The notes under the pieces were generated by a model that searched no databases, was not told where the DNA came from, and worked only from the letters and a program-made list of their open reading frames with translations. The position numbers and the translations under genes were made by a program. Below, one piece after another: positions 1 to 11,415 of a stretch of 64,000 nucleotides of DNA (the first letter of the stretch is position 1; each line of letters opens with the position of its first letter). The stretch spans positions 36,952,001-37,016,000 of the forward strand of contig NC_043002.1 of NCBI RefSeq assembly GCF_006345805.1. Direction: 5' to 3'. The stretch is from Octopus sinensis (taxonomy: Eukaryota).

Positions 1-900
1 TATCAAGATTTCCTGTTTTGGTAATGTAAAGAAGTTATTCCCTCCCTAATTCTAATTTGCTCCCTAGTTTTGGCATTTCCTTTGAATCTGTTCCCTATAG
101 AAATTGGTTTTTGCACTTGTTCACTTTGTACTAATTTACCATCTTGTATCTGTTCTCCAAGCTTAATTAATAAATCCTTCCTCTTCTAATGAGTCTTTCG
201 CTAATAATTAAATCATTTTCTTAAAAAACTAAACAATGATTTCTGTTATCTTTTCCTCTCAGAAAGTGAACATCTCATTTTATTACTTGCGCTAAAGTAA
301 ACATTAGGCCATAGCAACACAAAAAGAAATGTGTCTGCATGCACACACACACACACACATACACTCACACACACATATGCTCACACACACATACGCTCTC
401 TCACACATACACACGCACACGCATGCGCACATACCACACACACACATGCATACACACCAATGTGCACACAAACAGACGGACAGAAATGCTTGGGATATCT
501 TTTTTTATTGATGTTCTTCCATATCTTAAGATTATGGTAAAGCAGTTTCTGCAGTTCACTTTTATCAATCTACATGTTAGTACACTACATAAATTCTTAA
601 CATTATCTGATTAAGAGTAAAAAAAAAAAAACCCACTAAAGAAATATCAGCTTAGAATTAAACCAGAAGATACCTGAAAAAAAAACAAGATAAAATAAAC
701 ACAAATTAAAATCAATGTTTTGAAAGTTTTTTTTTTTCTTTTTCTGCTTAAAGCTATTTTTGATATGGATCCAGATTTCCAAAACTCATTCCTCATTCGT
801 TTTTACACACTAGTTGAATTATTCTGGAAATCTGCATGAGTTGTTGGAGAAGATCTATGGCTGAATTATCATTATTTTTGTTTTTCCATATTTCAGTCAA

Positions 901-1640
901 GAAAGAACAGCAGTGCTCAAGACACTTTCCAGAGCCCCCAGGACTAGTGGGCTGACCCAGAGCTTATTCATTCCTCTGAACATTGCTGCTGCACAGTTCA
1001 CACCTGCCTCAGTACCCCACTCTAGCAGTTCACACCTGCCTCAGTACCTCACTCTGTGGAAATAATGACGCTCTGAGAAGTGAAGTTGGGACATCTTTAG
1101 TGGATTTTTCATTCACAAGAATTTGTATCTCTCCTTTACCACTAACCTGCATCATGCGTTCACTCATTAGATTACACCCACCCCTAATTCTCACTCTCTT
1201 TTTGCAATCTTGTGAACTCTCCCACCCATTCACCATATCCAGTCTCCAGACCACTTTACTATATACACCTCCCTGTAACACTTGGGTGAAAACCTGCTGC
1301 CTTCTCCCCATTACATCTTCATCAGCTTCTCTCTACCCCTCTCTCTCCGTCTATGGTAGCCATGTTTTTCTTCTAATGCAAGACACTGTTCTGTCCCTCA
1401 ATACTATTTCACACCCTCTTTAAGGGGGTCTTGGACCTGCAAGTTACTTGTGATCACACTGTTACTGGTGTCACATATAAAGCATCTAGTACACTCTGTA
1501 AAGTAGTTGGCATTAGGAAGGGCATCCAGCCATAGGAACCATGCCACAGCAGACAGCAAAGCTTGGTGCAGTCTTCTGATTTGATAGTTCCTGTCAAACA
1601 GTCCTACCCATGCCAACAAGGATAATGGATGGCAAATGAG
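901..1640 (+). mobile_element. Decayed LINE 3' region plus RTE-tail repeat
   Basis: GC-richer block with a weak SHPFTIS-like remnant, followed by the common tail ...gcattaggaagggcatccagcc...acccatgcc. Contains a 32-bp tandem duplication at 994-1056. Confidence 0.45.
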
Positions 1641-3564
1641 GATAATATTGATGAGAAGCAGAATTGATCTTGGTGAATTATCGAACTCATGATACTGGAA
1701 GCCAGAACAAATGCCATAAGGTATTTTTACCAATGCTCAAATCCTTCTGCCAACACCTCGCCCAATGTTGTTCCTAAAGCACAATAGTCAGCATGTGATG
1801 AGTTCAAACTTTGTATGAAATGTTTTGAGACTGAGGTATTCAAGAATGGTTGCATAGTTGATATAGTGAACTTTATTACTTATTTTTTTATATATGATAT
1901 TGTAAGTTTATTATATATTGTAACATATATTTACTTACATATGTTAGGAAAAAAAGGAATGATTGAAGATGAGGAGTCTGCAAGCAGCAGTACAGGCAGC
2001 TTGCTGTAGGAAATCAGTAACTGTGAAAAATAACCTATAAGGGTTGAGGGGACAATTTAATCCTATCTTATAAGGGTTGAGGGGACAATTTAATCTTATC
2101 CTTATAGTCTTCCTAGTGCTGGCTGCATGATAATATCTGCCCAGGCACTCTGTAAAGTGGTTGTTGATAGGAAGGGTATCCAGTCATAGAAACTATGCTT
2201 AAAAGCATCATGAACAACAATAGAGATTAGTGTTATTTTTCTCTAATGCAGTGTTTCTCCAATGACAAAACATTGTAATCGGAGACTAGATGCCATGTGA
2301 TCATCCAACTAATTGTTTCTCATAGGGCAGCAGAGAGAGCTGTATGGGGCTGTAATGGGGTGACCAAATTGCAGTGTCTGTTCAAAACCGTGGCAAAGGA
2401 AGATGAATTATACGGAAGCAAAGAGTATTTTATCTTCTTGTTAACTAAGAGAAAAGAGGCAAAGAATTTTGTGAAGTGGGTAAGCTGGTATTTGTCAGCT
2501 GAAGAATCATTAATCTGATCCATGATGCCAGCATGGAAAACAAAGATTTAGAATGATGATAACACATATATAAGACAGGCTTCTGAAGTTTCTGTGCACC
2601 TAATTTCACTCACTGGGGCATTGATCAAACCCAGTCTGTGGTACTTGCCCAAAGTGTTTCCATGTGGGATTGGATGTACAAACCACATGATTGCAAATCA
2701 AACTTCTCCACTACACGACCATGCTTCATTAATAATAAATCCTTTAAAAATCTGAATCTTTGTTGGTCTATTGAAAGTTTTGTTTCCATGCAGTAATATA
2801 TGAAAGGCAATTTTTTTTATTTGTCTCTAACCCTCTTCCAACACACTCATACACATTTTAGTGTAAGGCAACCTTTTTCACTATGTGTTTTCATATGATA
2901 AGATAATTGCGCAGGAAATTGTGTAAACAAACATTTCCCAAACACAGTATCTCAGAAGCTAATATGCCAGATTACTGAGTAGTTATATTACTAGAAATAG
3001 CCTTTCTTTCGGTTGTCTGTACAAATTCAGGTTATTGGTATTTTTTACTTGTATCAGCCTTTGGAGAAAATAAATAAACAAACAAACAAATGAAGAAATA
3101 AATAAAGAAAGAAAAATAAGAAACAACTCTCTTTTAGATGTAAATAATTTCCTTCAAAGTTTTCTCATGTAAGCACTGAAAATTTGCACATCTTTCCAAC
3201 CCATAATAGTATATATAAACAAACAAAAGAAATTAAAGAACTACAGCATCAGAAAAGATGGTCTTTACATTCAAATTATTATTATTATTTTTTTTTTCCT
3301 TTCAGTTTTCATTTGCAGACATTCAACAGGATAACGAGGCCAGTTTTATTCAAATGTTAGTACAGGTATGATGAAATGGTTAATTTTGGTTTAAACTAAT
3401 CAAGCACTAAATAGACAACAACTGTAACAACACTAACAATAACAACAACAACATTAAAAAAATGGAGAATACTGAAAGGTAGAGGAAAAAAAACAAAAAA
3501 AAATCCCAAAATCCAAAGCATGCAAAACTGCTACCCCAATGAAAGCAAACAAAGGAATGGTTAC

Positions 3565-3883
3565 CTGAAAGGTTGTTATAAATGCCCAGAGAAGGGAATC
3601 AAAGTTAGCTCTTTTGCAGTGACAACTAAGATTGCTGGTAGCAGGTTTCCAATTTTGTAGTGATGGGAATGTAGTAGTGGTAGTAGTAGTAGTAGTACTA
3701 GTAGAATTAGTAGTAGAATTAAAAATGTTGGTGACAGTTGTGGTAATATTGTTGTTGTTGTTATTGGTGGTGAAGATTGGAATAGCAGTGGTACTAGTAG
3801 TGGTGTTGATGGTGTAAATGGGTTCATCGTTCTGCTGATGACCTTCACAGAATTTGCCGCCGAAAAAACACATGCCTAAAACA
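3565..3883 (-). CDS. Cav3: Cav3 domain II S5-turret-P-helix alternative exon, long form (exon 12b equivalent) with a Thr/Asn-rich expanded turret
   Basis: (S)VLGMCFFGGKFCEGHQQNDE...TTTTTTTTTFPSLQNWKPATSNLSCHCKRANFDSLLWAFITTFQ. GGKFC start and CxC-x-R-A-N-F end are 12b hallmarks. Acceptor ccccacctgcatgtag, donor CAG|gtaacc; 319 nt, same phases (2/0) as 12a, no stop codons. Confidence 0.93.
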
Positions 3884-4062
3884 CTACATGCAGGTGGGGA
3901 GATAAAATAAAGTGACACAGTTGGCAAACTTGGGTAAAGAACAGTTCTAGTATTAATGGTTACATATCTTCTGACTACATTGTTAGACAACAACTACAAT
4001 GGCAGGTGAGGTTGAAGAGAGAATTAGTAATTACATAAAACTGGTAACATGGAGAATACATA

Positions 4063-4316
<254 letters not shown>

Positions 4317-4543
4317 AATAAAATCTTGGCTGATGCATTAATGCGCTGCAGTTCTTGTAACAGCTGCTACTTAATGATAATGATGATGATGATGATTGAT
4401 AATGATGCTGGATAAAGCGCATGGAATTATTGCAGATGACAATAAAGAGAGCAAGGTACAGAAAAAAACATTGCCTCCCAGATTGATGCCAGTAAGCAAC
4501 AGAACTATACTAGCAAAAGCAATGTCAATATAGATGTTGTTGT

Positions 4544-4586
<43 letters not shown>

Positions 4587-7500
4587 CTTGTGAGTTGTTG
4601 ACTGTGATAATATTGCTGGAAACTTAGGACAAAATGCAGTTGCAAGGCAAGATATTTAGCTGCACAATTAAATCTACTCATTAACCTTTTCACTGCTGTA
4701 ACATAATGTACCACAAATCAAGAGATTTTACTTTTAAATTCTGTCAAGTTAATATTATATTTTAGCATAGGGACACTGGTGCATGGACAATAACAAATTA
4801 GAATTCTTTAAAAAAAATGTTGGGTTAAACATTATTCTCTCTCTTATATTCTAATAATCTAAACCTATTGATACTAATCCTTTAAGCTTTTGTAAGATGG
4901 AATCAGCCTCTGGTTCCTTCATACAGACCTTATAAAATTTTAATTTAAAAATCTTCCATCATATTTTTATATAATACTCTTTTGTTACATTCTAAATATA
5001 GTGAAATATAGTGAAAAAGTTATTTATTTTACTAAATACACCCAAATTCTTAATTATTTTCGAAATTAATTGAAAAATAGTGTATTTCATTAGAAATATA
5101 TCCATGAAAGGGTTAAAGAGATATACAAGACATAACTAGTTTCATGTCTACGAAAATATTGCATGCATGTTATTTATAGCTGTTGAATGATTTGTCAATT
5201 ACATAATTTAAATTATGTTCTGACTCTTTGCACCTTGAGTTCAAATTTTATCAATGTCAACTGAGATTTTATCTTCTTAGGATCAATAAAAAATCAACCA
5301 ATCCAGTGTAGGAGATTGGCAGAACTATAAGGATATAGCCTTGCAGTATTTGTTTCTACACTCTATGTATCTTGAGTTCAAACCCCATCATGGCCTATAA
5401 GGAGGGTTTATTTAATTCATTACCTAGTTTAACTCCACAATGTGGCAACTTTGGTGACTTTAGCAGAGTCCACCCAGTTGCAAGAGACACCTAGTTTGTG
5501 GATATACTACTCTCTCCTTCCCACCAGTTTCATTGACCCTGTCATGGGACAAGGGTACTGCCTTCTATTCCAATTAAAAAATAAAAAATAGAAAACTAGG
5601 CTTGAGAAGGTTAAGTTCCTTGAGCAAAATGAAATAGTTTTTTTGGGATTATCACCTCACAGAAAGAAGAATGTGAGCCTACTTCATTTTTTACCTACTG
5701 AAATTATAAATATATCATGTGATCATGTGACTGACCAGGCTGTCAGATGTTACACATCACTGGTTACAATGTGCTTTTGCAGCATTGTTTTAGCTGAAAT
5801 TATATATATATATATCATCATCATCGTTTAACATCTGCCTTCCATGCTGGCATGGATGGGAGTATACATATATATATACTAGGAGTATATATATTAGTTT
5901 TTAAAGTTGGTTTCATGCAACTTAAAGTTTTGTAGGTTCGCCACTCAAACCTAGCAGCTCAGGCCTAGGTGAGCAAATATATATATACAATATGTGTATA
6001 TGTTTATATATATATATACATACAAACATACATACATATACATAGATAAATTTTAGTATTCTTAGAAAGACAAAACAAAGGCATTCATATATCTGTGTAA
6101 CTTCTCTTATGCATATATATTTGAGAAAAAACTCAGTGAAGTCTTATTCATTAATATATGTGCCAAACTATAATGATTGCCTTTTATGTTTGTAGGTTTA
6201 GCTACATTGCATAACATGCTCAGTATAGTGAGGCACTGCAATGCTTGCAGCAAAATTCGAATGCATCCTTATTCTTTTTAATCACTTAACTACAGCAGAT
6301 AAATATCAGGTTAACTGAGTTGTAAGTCAACTCAAAAGAAAAAATCAATATCTCTTGAAATTAAGAGTAAAATATAGCTTGGCAGAAAACAAGGTGAAGT
6401 TATAAATATTCTAGTTAATTTTATACTTGAAAATGTGAACATGGAAAAAATTTTGAAGAATAATGAATTATCTAAAATAACTTTAAACAACACAATAATT
6501 GACTTACAAATGTTAATTGAAGTATTATCATGGAATAATTACTGTATATGAACACTAACCAAGAAAGATACCAAGTCTTACAAGGTTAAAACATGTCTAG
6601 GGCTGTCATGTTAACACCAACAGACTCACTCCCTACTACATTGTACATGAATTTTACATTTAATTAATTTTGATTAATTTAAATTCTGAGATTGTCTACC
6701 TCGCTTTTTCTTGTTCAGAATTTATAATTAAGATATTGCAGGTTTCTAATATCATTTAGAGTGTAATAATTTTAATTAATAATTTGTTTTTACTACATCA
6801 AGTATATTACCGCCCGTTTTATTATTTGTTTCATGCAGCAGAAATTTCTGGGAATAATTCTTTAGTCATTTTAGAAATATTATTCTGTTAGTCCTTATCA
6901 TCTTGGTTGAAAAGTGGCATTGTTCTATCATGAAAAACACTATAGTATCCATTTGTAAGATATTTCCCTAGAATTTTGTATACAAGAAAATGAAGTTGCA
7001 GAACATTCCTATCTATGTTATAAGAGAATAAAAAAAATTGCTTTTAAAATGACAAAAATAGCTATATTATTTGTTTTAGAATGATAGAAGATTATATATT
7101 TCATAATTCATATTCTAAAGGTAAAATAAATGTTGAAACATTAAAGATATTTGAACTGTTTCCCCTACTGAAATTCTCATTAGAGAATTGATAATGGTTA
7201 AAATATAAAGAAACAATGGGATTTCAGGTAGCAGTGGTGGTGATGGTGGTGGTGGTGGTGGTGATGGTGGTGGTGGTGGTGCAGGGGATGTTTGGGAAAA
7301 TAAACATTTGGTACAGCATTGGAAAAGTTAATGTGGTTCAAGAACAATGCAATGGTGCATGCTACTACTGAAGTAGATGCAAATAAATAGTACTTCCTGG
7401 CGGCCTGTATTGGAAAGCTAAAACAATTTGCATTACTAAGATTCTAAGACATGCATTACAAGAAATGGGTGGAGGGTGAAAAAAAAAATTAATGCAAAAT

Positions 7501-8234
7501 TGAAAGGAAAAAAAGTTAATTAAATTTCTGAAAAATAAATGTTTTCCTATTTTATTTTATTATTATTAATTTTTTTTTGTTTTTCAAGAAAAGTTAGTTG
7601 ATAAATGCAACAAAAGAAATTAAGAAATTAAACTTTGCCAAAAGCGCTGCCAAGATCAGAAGACATTGCCACACTTCAGAGCATTTCAGAGTAATGTAGA
7701 TATAATTTTTTCTTGAAGGATGATGGTTTGTTTTTCGCTCCCAAACTGGGAGTTTATCATAGGAGAAAATAGAACATAGATGTATTATTTGTCCCCCACA
7801 TAAAGTTTAATTGAGTCAACTATTTAACTTTCCATGATCATAGATACAAATAAATGAATTGTCATTCCTATTGATTTCAGAAGATTGGTGATCAGATTTA
7901 TGACATTTATCCCTATCCCAAAGGCATTTGTGGAACAAGTTAAAAATAGAAAGGGAAACTACTTCTAGGAACTAAACCTATTTTGTAGGCTCAGTTTCCC
8001 AGAAACTTACCACTTGTACTTCAGCCTATGTTACAGAGAGAAACAAAAAAATATGGGTTGATGATTAATTTACATCGTTTCTGTATCTGGCCTGAAAGAT
8101 TCTTTATGAGAATTTGTGTGTTGAAACAAATTTTGTTGTGTCTGGGGAGTCATACTGCCACAGTTTATATATATGTACACACACACACACACACACACAT
8201 ACATATACATACACAGACACACAAATACACACAT

Positions 8235-8274
<40 letters not shown>

Positions 8275-9169
8275 GGAGGGAGGGAGAGAGGGAGATTTAG
8301 GGCTGCAGCATAGATCAAGAAATAGTCATATATTTTATTTAGTTTAATCAACTAAGAAAGTAGATATAAATTGATATTCTCAATTTATGATAGATTATTT
8401 TGGAATTGAAGAAAAAATAAACATGCACTTTTGTTTGTGAAATCAATTCATGACAACATGTGTATATGTGTGTGTGTGAGTGCACATGTGTGTGTATGTA
8501 TCAGTATGATTGTCAGGATATATGGATATAAATAAATATTTATCGTCTTCAACTGTTAAAATTATGTATTAAATAATTCTTATGAATGGTAAACAAGTAA
8601 AATATGTTCAAACTAAATTAAACTCAACGGTTTTAGTTGTTTTGGAACCCTTACATTTTTCTAAACCAAATTTCATGTGCTGTCCTTACATATTATCACA
8701 TCAATTATACATTTTTTACTTTCCACAAGTTCAAGAAGAGTAAAGAAGTTTTCTATACACTAAATTTTTCCAAATTCAGTATGTATTATACATTCTATGT
8801 TTACTACACAAAAAATAGATAAACACAATTAAACTGAATTTCTTTAAGCACAATGGCTGTTGTGTTTAGGTACAGAATTCAATTTATCACTTGGTCAAAA
8901 CAGAAAATATACCGTCTTAAAAATGAACATCATGGAAATAAAAATCAGTCCTGTTTATATTATACTAGTAAAAAAAAAAATAAGGTGGAATGGTTCTGGT
9001 TGAAATCCTGTTTGAATGAGAAGAAAATAGATCATCTCTGAACATGAAGCTCAGCTAGACACAATCTCAATTGAGGAATATTTATATATGTGGTGTGTTG
9101 GATCTGTGAATCAGGCTTTACTTGGACAACACAACAGAAACAACTACGGAACAACTGTTGCCATCAATA

Positions 9170-9720
9170 TTATAAATGAAATACAAGCAATGCGTAAACT
9201 AATAAGGAGAGTACAGGAGGCGGTCGAAAAAGCCAGCTTCTATATATGGCTGAAGCGGGAAGACTGAAAATGGTTTGAAAGTCATAAACACGCCGGCGGG
9301 AAATAGCATCACTAGGTGAGACAAGCTGACGGTCGTTTAGAAAAAGCATGGGCTAAAACTACGTGCCTTCACTAGTCAGTTAAGGTGAGACAGTGTCACG
9401 TGACAACTTGCTGGGGCTGCCTGCTGGAGCCTATGCGGCAGGTATTTAAAGGAAAAATTTGACAAGACAGTCAGTCACCGGCTGACACTCACTGACGATA
9501 CATTGAAGAGGCCAGGGAACAGAAGAAAGAAGACATACACCCAACACCAGATCTGAAGACATCTCCGAAAGTGGGGGCCCTGCCATGTCAAAATGGTAGA
9601 GGAGTAGGGGCCGAAACCGGACGTGGTTCCTTCTGATGATGTCTTGAGCTAACTGGATCCTATAAAGGAGCTGTACCGGTAGCAGACCACGAAACACGGT
9701 TGTAATTCCCCCTTACAAAA
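9170..9720 (+). mobile_element. 3' fragment of an RLE-type non-LTR retrotransposon (HERO-like) with 3'UTR
   Basis: Frame NEIQAMRKLIRRVQEAVEKASFYIWLKRED*KW resembles the C-terminal EAAEKASxWLWLKR motif of HERO-like elements (from memory). Followed by about 430 nt of GC-richer sequence. Confidence 0.5.
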
Positions 9721-10602
9721 TACTTCTCTTCTTACTATCATAAAGAATCCACCTCCAGTTTTCACTAGTTGTCTTCATAGGTCAAATCCACTCTAATCAA
9801 CATTATCTATACTCTTTAAAAATTTCATGCAACTGAGCTTATAGGAATTATCTCCCCTGTTTGTTGCTTCTATATACTAAGCATTTTTAGAAGAAATTTT
9901 TGTTTACAAATTGCTTTGATAACCTCAATTTACTAAAGTTTTTTTGACTGTCTATATTACTTCATATGTGAGACCCTATTATATTAGTAATTAATAAGCA
10001 GAACACTCCCCTGGGGTATTTTTCTTTAACCATATTTATGAGGCAAAAACTTCAGTACTAAAACAACAAATATACAAGTGAAAAGTGAACAGAGCAGTCA
10101 AATACATATTACCTCCAAGCATTATGAATGAAAACTAAAAGAGTAATTAGTCGATGAATTAATTTTTTTCTTGAAGAACATTACTGTTCTATCTACGTCA
10201 CCTTACTACTTCAGACTGCTCATAGTTTCTATGTAATTATAACAATCACTTCTTATGAAGAAACCGTAATTATAGAGGCCAATTACTAATGAGTAAAATG
10301 TAATTATTATGGTTACCAATAAAGCTGCTTACTTTCCTCAAAGTCAAGAAAAAATAGTTACACAAGTAATTCTGATGGTTAAAAAAGGAAAAATACAAAT
10401 ATTAAGAAATGTTGAGAAAGATATCTTAGAATGGTTATTTCTGAAAATATATGGATAGCATAATATATACAGATATAGATATGTATCTATGTATAAATAA
10501 ATGCATACACACACACACATATGTATATATATATATATATATACATATATATACTTGCATATCATAATAGCCACATAATTCTATTAACCCATATATTACA
10601 TT

Positions 10603-10650
<48 letters not shown>

Positions 10651-11119
10651 TCACCATTACTATCGTTTTTCTATCCATTTTTCCTTTCTTGCATGGGTCA
10701 AACAAAATTTTGATGATTTTCTTCCTAAGTTATGAACATTATTTTCCTGCCTATATTCTTCTAACTACTTTTACTCTTTATTCCTCTATTTTACTCCTTT
10801 ATTCTTCTGTTTTATTCCTTATAAACTGTGAATTTTATTCCTTATAAACTAAATTTCCCTCTGTCTAAAACATTCATACCTTGTCTCTGATGATGGAATA
10901 CCCAGTGCATGGACACATGCTAACTTACCACTTGGATTATCCCAGAAACAGCTGTAAGACTCCAAATTGAATTATTCTAAATGACTTGTGATACTCGTTC
11001 TGCCTTGGTTTTGATTTTTCCTCTAATATAATATAATATAACATAACATAATATAATATACATATATATATATATATATATATAATATATATATATATAC
11101 ACACACACATATGTATATA

Positions 11120-11411
<292 letters not shown>

Positions 11412-11415
11412 CCTG

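Noticed and set aside
640-700. Strong-looking minus-strand acceptor (tcttgttttttttcag|GTATCT) as candidate exon 13
   Set aside because: Phase-0 reading gives VSSGLILS*, not the expected ILTQEDW P-loop. No QEDW-coding segment was found in 1-3564, so exon 13 lies outside the window.
3454-3564. Open, hydrophobic read-through after the 12b donor (VTIPLFAFIGVAVLHALDFGIFFCFF...), with similar read-through after 12a
   Set aside because: Explained by T-rich intron composition. Both exons end at the conserved FQ|gt boundary, and nothing here supports a retained-intron isoform.
7200-7440. Minus-strand AG followed by an open frame with poly-His (AARKYYLF...HHHHH...)
   Set aside because: The poly-His comes from a (GGT/GAT)n microsatellite. 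There is no channel homology and no credible donor before the stop.
9600-9715. Possible hammerhead ribozyme (CTGATGA at about 9634, GAAAC...GTA at about 9691-9703)
   Set aside because: Stem III can form, but stem I and the stem II closing pair cannot.
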